A DNA stretch of 51,991 nt from Candidatus Onthoplasma sp. (GCA_050874685.1 JBNMLD010000001.1:1-51991), one strand, 5' to 3'; positions 1 to 9,197 are shown, counted from the stretch's first letter. Translations and numbers: made by a program. The notes: generated by a model from the sequence alone, not told the origin.

Positions 1-467
1 ATGACAGAACAATCATTCCATGTGAATTGATGACATCTTTGGGTGAAAACGATGAAGAATATCAAATGTCTTTGGACTACATTAAAAATTATTATGGCAA
101 AAAGGCTGAAGGTATCAAATCTCAAGCAGCAAAAGATAGATTGCTTCGTGAGTTTAACCAAGAAATGAAAAAAATGGCTGATGCACGTGTTGCATTCTAC
201 GCATATCAAACAAAACAAAAGCAAAAACAATATCGCACAGAACAACTTCGTCAAGATTGCTTTGAAACAATTTCAAGCACAAGGCAAGAGTTAGAATTGC
301 CTGAATATGTTGCAGAAGAAGTTATGGCTGAATCTCAACCAGACAATGCGGTTGCAGAAGAACAAGAAATTCCACCATTTATGCCATCTGAAGCAGTTAG
401 TGACGGCAGTGAAATTGAAGATATTGTTGCAACAATTCCTGCAGATGAAATTGTTAATAACGACTAA
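1..467 (+). CDS. 3' end of a CDS entering from upstream of the window; product not recognised (acidic, Q/K/E-rich C-terminal tail)
   Basis: Frame 3 is open from base 3 to the TAA at 465-467. The TTG/ATG at 27-32 in the ORF track has no stop upstream, so the gene probably starts outside the window. No family motif recognised. Confidence 0.45.
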   Translation, partial: DRTIIPCELMTSLGENDEEYQMSLDYIKNYYGKKAEGIKSQAAKDRLLREFNQEMKKMADARVAFYAYQTKQKQKQYRTEQLRQDCFETISSTRQELELPEYVAEEVMAESQPDNAVAEEQEIPPFMPSEAVSDGSEIEDIVATIPADEIVNND

Positions 468-608
468 TTTATTTGTTATTTCAAAATGAATTAATTTTAA
501 AATAAAAAAGCGACTGTGTTTAGTGTAAAGTTTCAAAACTTTATTAAATCAGTTGCCTTTTTTTTGCCTGTTTTGTATCATATAAAAGTAAAATTTAAAA
601 GGAGTTAT

Positions 609-3251
609 ATGAAAAAGTATGTTTACTTATTCAGCGAAGGCGATGCATCAATGCGTGAATTGCTTGGCGGTAAAGGTGCTAACCTTGCTGAAATGACAAA
701 AATTGGTTTGCCAGTGCCACAAGGCTTTACAATTTCAACTGAAGCCTGCACACAATACTATGAAGATGGCAGACAAATCAATGCTGGTATTCAAGCAGAA
801 ATTATGGAATACATTGCCAAAATGGAAAAAATCACAGGCAAGAAATTTGGTGATAAAGAAAATCCATTGTTGGTGTCTGTTCGTTCAGGTGCTAGGGCAT
901 CAATGCCTGGTATGATGGACACAATTTTGAATCTTGGTTTGAATGATGAAGTTGTTGAAACTTTGTCACGCAAAAGCAACAACCCACGTTGGGCATGGGA
1001 CTGCTACCGCAGATTTATCCAAATGTTCAGTGACGTTGTTATGGAAGTTGGCAAAAAATATTTTGAAAAACTTATCGACCAACTTAAAGCACGCAAAGGT
1101 TACACAAGTGACCTTGACATGAGCGCTGAAGATTTAAAAGAACTTGCAACAGAATTTAAAGCAGAATACAAAAAACAATTGGGTAAAGACTTCCCAGTTG
1201 ACCCAAAAGAACAACTTTTTGAAGCTATCAAAGCAGTTTTCCGCAGTTGGGATAACCCACGTGCAAACATTTATCGTATGGACCACGATATCCCTTATAG
1301 TTGGGGTACAGCAGTCAATGTGCAAATGATGGCATTCGGTAACATGGGCGAAACATCTGGTACAGGTGTTGCTTTCACACGTAATCCTGCAACAGGTGAA
1401 AAAGGCTTGATGGGCGAATTTTTGATGAATGCACAAGGCGAAGACGTTGTTGCTGGTGTGCGTACACCAATGCCTATTGCAAGAATGGCTGAAATTTTGC
1501 CAGAATGTTATGAAGAATTTAAAAAGATTTGCGATACTCTTGAACATCACTATCGTGATATGCAAGATATGGAATTTACAATTGAAGATAAAAAACTTTA
1601 TATGCTTCAAACACGTAACGGCAAACGTACCGCTGCTGCAGCAATTAAAATCGCTTGCGATTTGATTGACGAAGGCATGATTAGCGAAAAAGAAGCATTA
1701 ATGCAAATTGATGCTAAATCTCTTGATATGCTTTTGCACCCAACTTTTGATGCTGAAGCACTTAAATATGCTGACAAAAACAATGTTGTTGGCAAGGGTA
1801 TTGCTGCCAGCCCAGGTGCTGCTGCGGGTACAATCGTGTTTACTGCAGAAGATGCGGTAAAAGAAGGCAAAGCAGGCAAAAAAGTTGTGCTTGTACGTCT
1901 TGAAACAAGCCCAGAAGATATCGAAGGCATGAAATATAGCCAAGGTATCTTAACAGTTCGTGGTGGTCAAACATCTCACGCAGCCGTTGTTGCACGTGGC
2001 ATGGGAACATGCTGTGTTTCAGGTTGTGGAGACATCAAAATGGACGAAGAAAACAAGTGCTTTACACTTGCAGGCAAAGTCTATCATGAAGGTGATGGCA
2101 TTTCTCTTGATGGTTCAACAGGTAAAATTTATAACTGCATAATCAAAACAGTTCCTGCAGACCCTAATAGTGGTTATTTTGGACGTATCATGCGTTTGGC
2201 TGATAAATACAAAGCCCTTGGCGTAAAAACAAATGCAGACACACCAGCCGATGCAGAACGTGCTGCTGAACTTGGTGCTCAAGGCATTGGTTTGTGCCGT
2301 ACAGAACACATGTTCTTTGACCCTGCACGTATTGGGGCATTCCGTGAAATGATTTGTGCTGATACAGTTGAAGAACGTGAACACGCTTTGTCAAAGATTG
2401 AACCTATGCAACAAGCAGACTTTGAAGGTTTGATGGAAGCACTTAAAGGTCAACCTGTTACAATCCGTTTCTTGGATCCACCTCTTCACGAATTTGTTCC
2501 AACCAGTGAAGAAGATATTGAAGCGCTTGCAAAAACACAAGGCAAAACAGTTGCTCAAATCAAACAACTTATTGCAGATTTGCATGAATTTAACCCAATG
2601 ATGGGTCACCGTGGTTGCCGTTTGGCAGTTACTTACCCAGAAATTGCCGTTATGCAAACAAAAGCAGTTATCAAGGCTGCAATTGCTGTTCAAAAACGTC
2701 ACCCAGATTGGAAAGTTGTTCCTGAAATTATGATTCCACTTGTTGGCGAAATTAAAGAACTTCAATTTGTTAAACGTGTTGTTGTTGACACTGCAGATAA
2801 GGTTATTGCTGATGCAAAATCAAATCTTAAATATGAAGTTGGCACAATGATTGAAATCCCACGTGCAGCTTTGACTGCTGATGAAATTGCAAAAGATGCT
2901 GATTTCTTCTGCTTTGGCACAAACGATTTGACACAAATGACATTCGGTTTCAGCCGTGATGATGCTGGCAAATTCTTGCCTTCATACTATGCAAACAAAA
3001 TTTATGAAAGTGATCCATTCGCTCGTCTTGACACAAACGGTGTTGGTAAACTTATGGAACTTTCAATTCAACTTGGCAAATCAACAAATCCAAAACTTCA
3101 CACAGGTATTTGTGGCGAACATGGTGGTGACCCTTCAAGCATTGAATTCTGTCACAAAATTGGTCTTGATTATGTAAGTTGCTCACCATATCGTGTGCCA
3201 ATTGCACGTTTGGCTGCAGCACAAGCAAACATTAAATTTCCAAGGAAATAA
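609..3251 (+). CDS. ppdK: pyruvate, phosphate dikinase
   Basis: ORF 516-3251, start moved to ATG 609 (AAGGAG 4 nt upstream). Motifs LLGGKGANLAEM, phospho-His loop GGQTSHAAVVARGMG, and GLCRTEHMF and GTNDLTQ in the PEP-utilising C-terminal barrel. Confidence 0.95.
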   Translation: MKKYVYLFSEGDASMRELLGGKGANLAEMTKIGLPVPQGFTISTEACTQYYEDGRQINAGIQAEIMEYIAKMEKITGKKFGDKENPLLVSVRSGARASMPGMMDTILNLGLNDEVVETLSRKSNNPRWAWDCYRRFIQMFSDVVMEVGKKYFEKLIDQLKARKGYTSDLDMSAEDLKELATEFKAEYKKQLGKDFPVDPKEQLFEAIKAVFRSWDNPRANIYRMDHDIPYSWGTAVNVQMMAFGNMGETSGTGVAFTRNPATGEKGLMGEFLMNAQGEDVVAGVRTPMPIARMAEILPECYEEFKKICDTLEHHYRDMQDMEFTIEDKKLYMLQTRNGKRTAAAAIKIACDLIDEGMISEKEALMQIDAKSLDMLLHPTFDAEALKYADKNNVVGKGIAASPGAAAGTIVFTAEDAVKEGKAGKKVVLVRLETSPEDIEGMKYSQGILTVRGGQTSHAAVVARGMGTCCVSGCGDIKMDEENKCFTLAGKVYHEGDGISLDGSTGKIYNCIIKTVPADPNSGYFGRIMRLADKYKALGVKTNADTPADAERAAELGAQGIGLCRTEHMFFDPARIGAFREMICADTVEEREHALSKIEPMQQADFEGLMEALKGQPVTIRFLDPPLHEFVPTSEEDIEALAKTQGKTVAQIKQLIADLHEFNPMMGHRGCRLAVTYPEIAVMQTKAVIKAAIAVQKRHPDWKVVPEIMIPLVGEIKELQFVKRVVVDTADKVIADAKSNLKYEVGTMIEIPRAALTADEIAKDADFFCFGTNDLTQMTFGFSRDDAGKFLPSYYANKIYESDPFARLDTNGVGKLMELSIQLGKSTNPKLHTGICGEHGGDPSSIEFCHKIGLDYVSCSPYRVPIARLAAAQANIKFPRK

Positions 3252-3327
3252 TAAATAAATTGTATTAATAAATTTTTAGAACTTTGTGTGATTGGACGTT
3301 CTTGTGAATGTGAAACTTTATAATAAA

Positions 3328-3357
3328 CAAAAAATCTCTCTTGCCGAGAGATTTTTT
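3328..3357 (+). terminator. intrinsic terminator after ppdK
   Basis: Stem ATCTCTC (3334-3340) / GAGAGAT (3346-3352), loop TTGCC, followed by a T-run; A-run upstream. Confidence 0.7.
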
Positions 3358-3475
3358 AAACAAAGTTATAATCTATAAAAGAGTTATTTTAATTGACAAG
3401 ACAATGATTGTTTGGTTAACATAATAATATATTATTGTTTGCGGTTGCAAACAGTATTAAAAAAGAGGGGGAAAA

Positions 3476-4432
3476 ATGAAAGGTAAAAAGATATTATCAG
3501 TTTTGGCAGCTTCTGCATTAATCGCACCGTTGGCTTTGTGTTTTACAGGGTGTAAAAAGGCTAAAAAGTTTGATATTAACGCAAAAGATGTGTATGCTAT
3601 CTCAGCAGTATCTAGTGTTAACTATTTGATGAACTTGGAAGAAGTTAAAACAGACACTCAAAATACAGCAACTAGATATTTAGATGCAACAATGGAAAGC
3701 GTCGCACGTCCATCAAGTTTAACAGATAGCAACATTGAGAGCATTAAAGATTGTTTGGAACTTTTTGATTCAGTTATTGCAAGTGGAAAAGTTAACCAAG
3801 CAACAGCAAAAAACAATAGTCCTGCCGATGAATTTGCAACATATACCTTTGTTATGACTATCAATTTGCCAGGGATGAATGAAAGTTTTAAAATGTACTA
3901 TAATGAAGTTGAAACGAAAACCAATCGTAAAGTTGAGGACGAAAAAGAAGAGGTTGAAGTATCAACTACACTTGAAGGGGTAATGGCAATTGGAGAAACA
4001 CGTTTTGATATGGCCGGAAAACGTGAATTTGAGCAAGAAGGCAATGAAAAGGAATCTTCAATTGAGTTTACAACAAAAAGCAGAACAAACAGTCAAAACT
4101 ACGTTGTGATTAAACAATCTGTTGAAGAAGAAAATGGAGAAACAGAACTTGAATATGAATATCAAGTTTACAATAACGGAACAAAAGTTTTGGATTTAGA
4201 AACAGAAATCGAGTTCGAAAATGATAAAATTGAACTTGAATTTAAATTAAAAAATGTAACAAGTGGCATGTTGGAAGAAACATTGTATAAAATAACAAAA
4301 GGGAGTGCGGAAGGTATATTCAATGTTAGTTACACAATCAACAACACAACTGACACTTTTGTTGTGAAAAAAACAACAACAGGATACACATTTACTTATT
4401 CAAATCAATTTAGTGAAGAAATTAAGTTTTAG
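3476..4432 (+). CDS. putative lipoprotein, Glu-rich, function unknown
   Basis: AGAGGGGG RBS before ATG 3476. N-terminal MKGKK plus a hydrophobic stretch ending in the lipobox-like FTGC. The rest is hydrophilic and E/T/N-rich. Confidence 0.7.
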   Translation: MKGKKILSVLAASALIAPLALCFTGCKKAKKFDINAKDVYAISAVSSVNYLMNLEEVKTDTQNTATRYLDATMESVARPSSLTDSNIESIKDCLELFDSVIASGKVNQATAKNNSPADEFATYTFVMTINLPGMNESFKMYYNEVETKTNRKVEDEKEEVEVSTTLEGVMAIGETRFDMAGKREFEQEGNEKESSIEFTTKSRTNSQNYVVIKQSVEEENGETELEYEYQVYNNGTKVLDLETEIEFENDKIELEFKLKNVTSGMLEETLYKITKGSAEGIFNVSYTINNTTDTFVVKKTTTGYTFTYSNQFSEEIKF

Positions 4433-4449
4433 TTAAGGTTTAGTTTAAT

Positions 4450-4479
4450 AAAAATCTCTCAGTTAAGAGAGATTTTTTT
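4450..4479 (+). terminator. intrinsic terminator after the lipoprotein gene
   Basis: Stem ATCTCTC (4454-4460) / GAGAGAT (4467-4473), loop AGTTAA, T-run. The arms are identical to those of the ppdK terminator. Confidence 0.7.
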
Positions 4480-4513
4480 ATGTAATGTTAAATTTATTTA
4501 ACCTTTAGGGAAA

Positions 4514-4546
4514 TAAAAAACACAAGTAGCATACACTTGTGTTTTT
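4514..4546. terminator. bidirectional hairpin terminator (ends the minus-strand tRNA unit)
   Basis: CACAAGT (4521-4527) / ACTTGTG (4535-4541), flanked by an A-run on the left and a T-run on the right. Confidence 0.6.
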
Positions 4547-4549
4547 GAC

Positions 4550-4635
4550 TGGTCCCGAAGGTCGGGGTCGAACCGACATGATATTGCTATCGCAAGATTT
4601 TGAGTCTTGTGCGTCTGCCATTTCGCCACTTCGGG
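4550..4635 (-). tRNA. tRNA-Leu (anticodon CAA), type II with long variable arm, CCA encoded
   Basis: Folded by hand from the reverse complement: acceptor CCCGAAG/CTTCGGG, anticodon stem CAAGA/TCTTG with loop CTCAAAA, long variable arm, T-arm GTCGG-TTCGACC-CCGAC, discriminator A plus CCA. Confidence 0.9.
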
Positions 4636-4641
4636 ATATTT

Positions 4642-4716
4642 TGGAGGCACCAACCAGATTTGAACTGGTGAGTGAAGGTTTTGCAGACCTTTGCCTTACC
4701 ACTTGGCGATGGTGCC
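4642..4716 (-). tRNA. tRNA-Cys (anticodon GCA), CCA encoded
   Basis: Reverse complement: acceptor GGCACCA/TGGTGCC, anticodon stem AAGGT/ACCTT with loop CTGCAAA, T-arm ACCAG-TTCAAAT-CTGGT, discriminator T plus CCA. Confidence 0.9.
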
Positions 4717-4738
4717 ATATTGTGCTTAAAACTCTATT

Positions 4739-4767
4739 AGTATATATGAAAAATTAAAAAAAAGCAA
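4739..4767 (-). promoter_or_regulatory. candidate sigma-A promoter of the tRNA-Cys/tRNA-Leu unit
   Basis: On the minus strand: TTGCTT, 17 nt, TATACT, about 20 nt before the tRNA-Cys 5' end. Confidence 0.45.
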
Positions 4768-4887
4768 CACTTTTTGTTAAAGTTTTTAAAATTTATAATT
4801 ATATTAATTTAAGTCAATTTAACAAAAGGAATTTTCATATAAATTGTTGGAAAAGTAAGAAAAAGTTTACTATTTTTGCTGATTTTC

Positions 4888-4917
4888 TTGACTTGTTGTT
4901 AAATATTGCGGTAGAGT
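4888..4917 (+). promoter_or_regulatory. candidate promoter of the AbrB-like/ABC operon
   Basis: TTGACT (4888-4893), 18 nt, TAGAGT (4912-4917). AAGGAG RBS follows before ATG 4944. Confidence 0.35.
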
Positions 4918-4943
4918 AAAACTATAAAATATAAGGAGAATGT

Positions 4944-5165
4944 ATGGCAATAAAAAAGAAAGAGCAAGACAAATTTTTGTGGACTGTAAAAGTTAGTGAA
5001 AAGGGACAGATTGTTATTCCAAAACAGGCTAGGGAAGAATTTAATATTAAAGAAGGTGACACTTTGCTTTTGCTTGGGGACAAGGCACAAGGGATTGCAA
5101 TTGCAAAATATGATGATTATCTAAAGTTTGCGGAAGCAATTTTTAAAGCAAACAAGGGGGAATAG
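4944..5165 (+). CDS. AbrB/MazE/SpoVT-family (swapped-hairpin) small DNA-binding-domain protein
   Basis: 73 aa. The core VKVSEKGQIVIPKQAREEFNIKEGDTLLLL is the classic SpoVT-AbrB pattern. Good RBS. Confidence 0.8.
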   Translation: MAIKKKEQDKFLWTVKVSEKGQIVIPKQAREEFNIKEGDTLLLLGDKAQGIAIAKYDDYLKFAEAIFKANKGE

Positions 5166-5166
5166 A

Positions 5167-5883
5167 ATGTTAGAAATCAAAAATTTAACAAAAAAATATG
5201 GCGACAAGGTTGCAGTTGATGATTTGAGTTTAACAGTGGAGTCTGGGCAAATTTGCGCATTTATTGGGCATAACGGCGCAGGCAAAACCACAACATTAAA
5301 AGCAATTGCAGGCATTTTGGGCTTTGAACAAGGGGAAATTAAAATTGATGGCATTGATGTTAGATCTAACCCATTGGAAGCAAAACGCATTTTGGCATAT
5401 TTGCCAGATAATCCTGATTTGTATGATTATTTAACAGGGATAGAGTATTTGAATTTCATTGCAAATATTTTTAAGTTGTCCGGGCCTGAACGTAAAGAAA
5501 AAATCGAACAATATGCAAAACGCATTGGCATTTATGATGCTTTGCAGAGCCAAATTTCATCATATAGCCATGGCATGAAGCAAAAATTGGCGCTAGTATC
5601 TGCATTAATACATAGTCCACGCCTTTTGCTTTTAGATGAACCGTTTGTTGGATTAGACCCAATCAGTAGCCATGAAATGAAATTGATTATGCAGGAAATG
5701 GCACAAAGTGGCGCAACAATTTTTTATTCAACACATGTTTTGGACGTCGCAGAAAAAATTTGTGACCAAGTTGCAATTATCAAACAAGGCAAATTGGTTG
5801 TGTTTGGCAAAATGGAAGAAGTTAAAGGCATGCAAAGCCTTGAAAATGTGTTTTTGGAGTTAGAAAATGACAAACACGATTAA
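5167..5883 (+). CDS. ABC transporter ATP-binding protein (ABC-2/DrrA-like)
   Basis: Start moved to ATG 5167 (AAGGGGG RBS), 1 nt after the AbrB-like stop. Walker A GHNGAGKTT, signature SHGMKQKL, Walker B LLLLDEP. Confidence 0.9.
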   Translation: MLEIKNLTKKYGDKVAVDDLSLTVESGQICAFIGHNGAGKTTTLKAIAGILGFEQGEIKIDGIDVRSNPLEAKRILAYLPDNPDLYDYLTGIEYLNFIANIFKLSGPERKEKIEQYAKRIGIYDALQSQISSYSHGMKQKLALVSALIHSPRLLLLDEPFVGLDPISSHEMKLIMQEMAQSGATIFYSTHVLDVAEKICDQVAIIKQGKLVVFGKMEEVKGMQSLENVFLELENDKHD

Positions 5884-7456
5884 TCTAACCAAAATTTACA
5901 TTAAAGAAACATTAAGCCGAACATTCAACATCAAAGGCAAAAAGAAATTTAGTTCAACAGCCATTATCATGATGTTGTTGTTTTTGTTGGTTGCATTCAG
6001 CATGGGGTATAACCTTTATGTGATGGCAGACTCAATGAACAATTTTGGCTTTGCAAAAAACATCATTTTAGTTGGTGGTGTTTTTAGTGCATTTATGGTG
6101 TTGATGATAACAATAACAGACACACAAGGCTATTTTTATAAGACCAAAGATTTTGAAATGCTTTCAAGTTTGCCTTTAAAACAAAGTGAAATTGTTATTT
6201 CAAAACTATTAAGTTCGTACATTGTTACAATTATTTACTCTGCAATGATATTGCTTCCAACTTTTGTTGTTTATTTTATGTTTTGCAAAATCACTGTAGC
6301 AAATGTAATATTTGCGTTGTTCGCATTGTTTTTTGTGCCAGCATTTAGTCAACTTTTGTGCAGTGTTTTTGCATGGCTAATCAACATCATTTCTTCTAAA
6401 ATGAAAAATAAAATGCTAATGCGCAGCATTTTGAGTGTGATATTCGCCATTGGCATTGTGGTTGTTGTTTATTTTGCAAACAGCCAAGCAATGACAGCTA
6501 TGCTTTCAGTTGAAACTCCACTTTGGTTTAAAATTGTGTTTCCACACATATATTTTTTGATGACGGCTTTAAGCCAAAGTTCTATTGTTCAATATGCCAT
6601 TTTTGTGGCAATATGTATCGCTTTAATGTTGATTACAATTGGAATAATTATGTTGGGGTACAATAAAATCAATAAAAATTTGCTTGTCACAACAGATAAA
6701 AAATCAGCAAAAATAAAACCGATTGTTTACAAACAAAAAAGCGTTTTTGCAACACTTTTAAATAGGGAAGCCAAAGGCTTTGTTATGAGCCCAACTTATC
6801 TTATGAATGGTATTATGGGGCCATTGCTTGCTATTGTGTTGTCTTTCATGATGTATGGCATATTTAAATCTATCCCGTATGACCCAATATCTGTTTCAAT
6901 TTTTGTTGCATTGGAAGTTTTTACAATTCCGCTTTGCATGGGCATTGCACCAACAACGTCAGTTTCAATTTCAATGGAAGGCACAAGGTTTTTAAATCTA
7001 AAAAGCACGCCAGTAAAATTTGGCGATATTGCAACCAGTAAAATCATGTTCAATATTTTGCTTAACTTGCCATGTTTGTTGGTTGGAGAAATAGGTTTTT
7101 GTTGCTTGATGCAATTGAATATTTTAACAAGTATCCTAATTATTTTGTTCAGTGTGATATATTTGATTATGTGTTCAGGTTTAGGTTTGCTTATCAATTT
7201 GCGCTTTCCAAAACTCAACTGGACAAACGAAGCCCAAGCTTCAAAACAGGGATTAAGCCTGCTTATAACTATGTTTATAGATATGTTTATCTGCTTGTTG
7301 CCAATGATATTGTTTTTTGTGCTTTTGCAAAACATACCAACAATGAACATAAATGTCTTTATAGGATTGTCGATTATTCCAGTGGCAATACTCTTGCTTG
7401 TTGCTTATATATTGCTGGCTACAATTGGCAATAAACTATATCAAAAAATTACATAA
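5867..7456 (+). CDS. polytopic membrane protein, putative ABC exporter permease (resembles the 'putative ABC exporter' family)
   Basis: 529 aa with many hydrophobic segments. Its ATG overlaps the ATPase stop region by 17 nt. The family assignment is from memory and was not searched. Confidence 0.7.
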   Translation: MTNTINLTKIYIKETLSRTFNIKGKKKFSSTAIIMMLLFLLVAFSMGYNLYVMADSMNNFGFAKNIILVGGVFSAFMVLMITITDTQGYFYKTKDFEMLSSLPLKQSEIVISKLLSSYIVTIIYSAMILLPTFVVYFMFCKITVANVIFALFALFFVPAFSQLLCSVFAWLINIISSKMKNKMLMRSILSVIFAIGIVVVVYFANSQAMTAMLSVETPLWFKIVFPHIYFLMTALSQSSIVQYAIFVAICIALMLITIGIIMLGYNKINKNLLVTTDKKSAKIKPIVYKQKSVFATLLNREAKGFVMSPTYLMNGIMGPLLAIVLSFMMYGIFKSIPYDPISVSIFVALEVFTIPLCMGIAPTTSVSISMEGTRFLNLKSTPVKFGDIATSKIMFNILLNLPCLLVGEIGFCCLMQLNILTSILIILFSVIYLIMCSGLGLLINLRFPKLNWTNEAQASKQGLSLLITMFIDMFICLLPMILFFVLLQNIPTMNINVFIGLSIIPVAILLLVAYILLATIGNKLYQKIT

Positions 7457-7549
7457 AAACTGTATTGGAAATCACAATTAATTAAAAACATCGTAACCAG
7501 TAGGTTGAAAAACACATTAAACACCGCCTTAATTCGTATTATTAAAAAC

Positions 7550-7586
7550 AAAAAAGGAACATTTTCACAATTTTGTTCCTTTTTCT
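7550..7586. terminator. bidirectional terminator between convergent genes
   Basis: AAAAAGGAACA (7551-7561) / TGTTCCTTTTT (7574-7584). Confidence 0.6.
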
Positions 7587-7665
7587 ATACGCATTTCCAA
7601 AAAACTATTAGCATTCAAAACCATTTTTTTATGACTTTAAGTAACTTTACAAGTTTTGATTTTGT

Positions 7666-8373
7666 TTAAGTATTAGTGTCTTTTGTGAAGCATTCTTCCA
7701 AAGAAAGGTAAGCATTTCTTGTATGTTTGTTGTATCTTGAAAAATAGTCAAGGGCTATCATTAAAGAAAAGACAAGTTTTTTATCATTTTGTTCACTAGC
7801 AATGTAAAGTGAGTTTAAAAGCATGGTAAATTCTTCTTTCTCATTCATCTTTAATTTGTAACTATCAATATTTGAAATTATAAGCCTGATAGTTGTCATG
7901 ATTTTGTTATAATAATTTTTTTGATAGTCATTTGCAGTCACGATAATGTGACGCTTTGAGTAAAGTGAATTGATTGCAGATTTGAAAGGTAAAATGATAT
8001 TTTCTGCAAACAATTTAAATTCTTGTCCAACAGCATCTTCAGTTTTAAAAAATTTGTTCAAAAAATCATAAAAATCAAGTTCTTTTGCATTGAAGCGATA
8101 GAGTAGGCTATAAACAAAAGCAATAATCAATTTTTCGTCAGTTGGCATGATTAAAGTGTAAGTTTCGTTTTCATTTTCAACGATTGATTGTTTAAAAAAA
8201 TCAACAAAATCAAATTTGTTTAAAGTTGAAGCAACAATATTTTTAACTTTTTCATCTGCATCAATAAGTTTTAATATGGAAGCAATTTTAATATCTGCCA
8301 AAATGTATTTGCCAGCAACAAACTCATCACAAGCAGTGTTTAAAGCGGTTAATTCATAAACATTTTCACTCAT
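7666..8373 (-). CDS. hypothetical protein, 235 aa, no recognised domain
   Basis: Clean ORF with AGAGG RBS 5-6 nt before ATG 8373. No signal peptide or TM segment. Confidence 0.6.
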   Translation of the reverse strand: MSENVYELTALNTACDEFVAGKYILADIKIASILKLIDADEKVKNIVASTLNKFDFVDFFKQSIVENENETYTLIMPTDEKLIIAFVYSLLYRFNAKELDFYDFLNKFFKTEDAVGQEFKLFAENIILPFKSAINSLYSKRHIIVTANDYQKNYYNKIMTTIRLIISNIDSYKLKMNEKEEFTMLLNSLYIASEQNDKKLVFSLMIALDYFSRYNKHTRNAYLSLEECFTKDTNT

Positions 8374-8441
8374 ACAAACCTCTAAATGAGTATAACATCA
8401 AAAAGAAATCAACGCAAGGGAATAATTGTTGTTTTAAAAAG

Positions 8442-8470
8442 TTGTCTTTTATTGTTGAATATTGTATAAT
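8442..8470 (+). promoter_or_regulatory. candidate promoter upstream of the DUF4364-like gene
   Basis: TTGTCT (8442-8447), 17 nt, TATAAT (8465-8470). This would give a leader of about 185 nt. Confidence 0.35.
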
Positions 8471-8660
8471 AAACTCGTAAAAGTGATTTTTGTTGCAAAA
8501 GATTATAAAAATAAGTGGATTGTTTAACTTTCCATTTTAAAAATGTATAATCAAAATGATGCCGAATAACTTTTCAAATTAAATATAAGATTAAGATATG
8601 CTTTATTGCATGTTTTTTAAGCCGATTTTACAATAATTATAGCACAAAAAAGGATTAATT

Positions 8661-9197
8661 ATGGATTTTGTACCGGACAATACTGTCAACAAGTTAATAT
8701 TGCTTTATGTTTTAGATAAAATGGAAATTCCTTTAACTGAAAACTCTATTTTGGAAATATGTTCAAGCCAAAACAATTGGGTAAATTGGATGGATTGCAA
8801 GGACTTGCTTGTTCAACTTATCACTTCAAAATTTGTCTATAAACCTAACACAGAAAATGATGAAAGCAGATATAATATCACTGTTGCAGGCAGAGAGTGT
8901 TTGGCACAATTTTACACACGCATTCCAGCAAGTTTGCGTGCTCAAATAGATAAGTTTGCGGACGAAAACAAATTGCAATATAAACGCAATCAAGAATATA
9001 TTGCAAAATGTTATAAAAATGAAGACGGTAGTTACACAGTTGACCTCAAAATCCTTGAGCCATTAACCACAGAATCTATATTTTCACTTTCAATCAAATC
9101 TGACACTCGCCATAATGCAACAATCGCTTGCAAGCGCTGGAGAGAATTGGCGGCAAATGTCTATGAGTATGTTTACAGCAAGATAATTGACAACTAA
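8661..9197 (+). CDS. DUF4364-like protein (putative winged-helix regulator)
   Basis: 178 aa. N-terminal NKLILLYVLDKMEIPLTENSILEI and the overall length and pattern match my memory of clostridial DUF4364 proteins. AAGGA RBS. Confidence 0.6.
   Translation: MDFVPDNTVNKLILLYVLDKMEIPLTENSILEICSSQNNWVNWMDCKDLLVQLITSKFVYKPNTENDESRYNITVAGRECLAQFYTRIPASLRAQIDKFADENKLQYKRNQEYIAKCYKNEDGSYTVDLKILEPLTTESIFSLSIKSDTRHNATIACKRWRELAANVYEYVYSKIIDN

Noticed and set aside
516-608. N-terminal extensions given by the ORF track. This affects ORFs starting at 516, 5128, 14773, 18951, 24501, 28177, 33360, 37021, 43628, 43899, 44875 and 45552.
   Set aside because: In each case an internal ATG or GTG has a proper Shine-Dalgarno sequence and yields the canonical family N-terminus. 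The extensions are hydrophobic or odd and overlap promoters or terminators.
1134-1610. 158-aa antisense ORF inside ppdK.
   Set aside because: It lies entirely within a confidently identified gene on the opposite strand. The composition is Phe/Cys/His-rich and typical of shadow frames, with no RBS. I treat it as a non-coding shadow ORF.
4505-4757. 65-aa and 72-aa ORFs overlapping the tRNA region.
   Set aside because: The sequence folds into two canonical tRNAs (Leu-CAA and Cys-GCA) on the minus strand, so the ORFs are fortuitous.
6796-7350. 184-aa antisense ORF inside the ABC permease gene.
   Set aside because: It is a shadow frame of a long hydrophobic-protein gene, with no start context or motifs.
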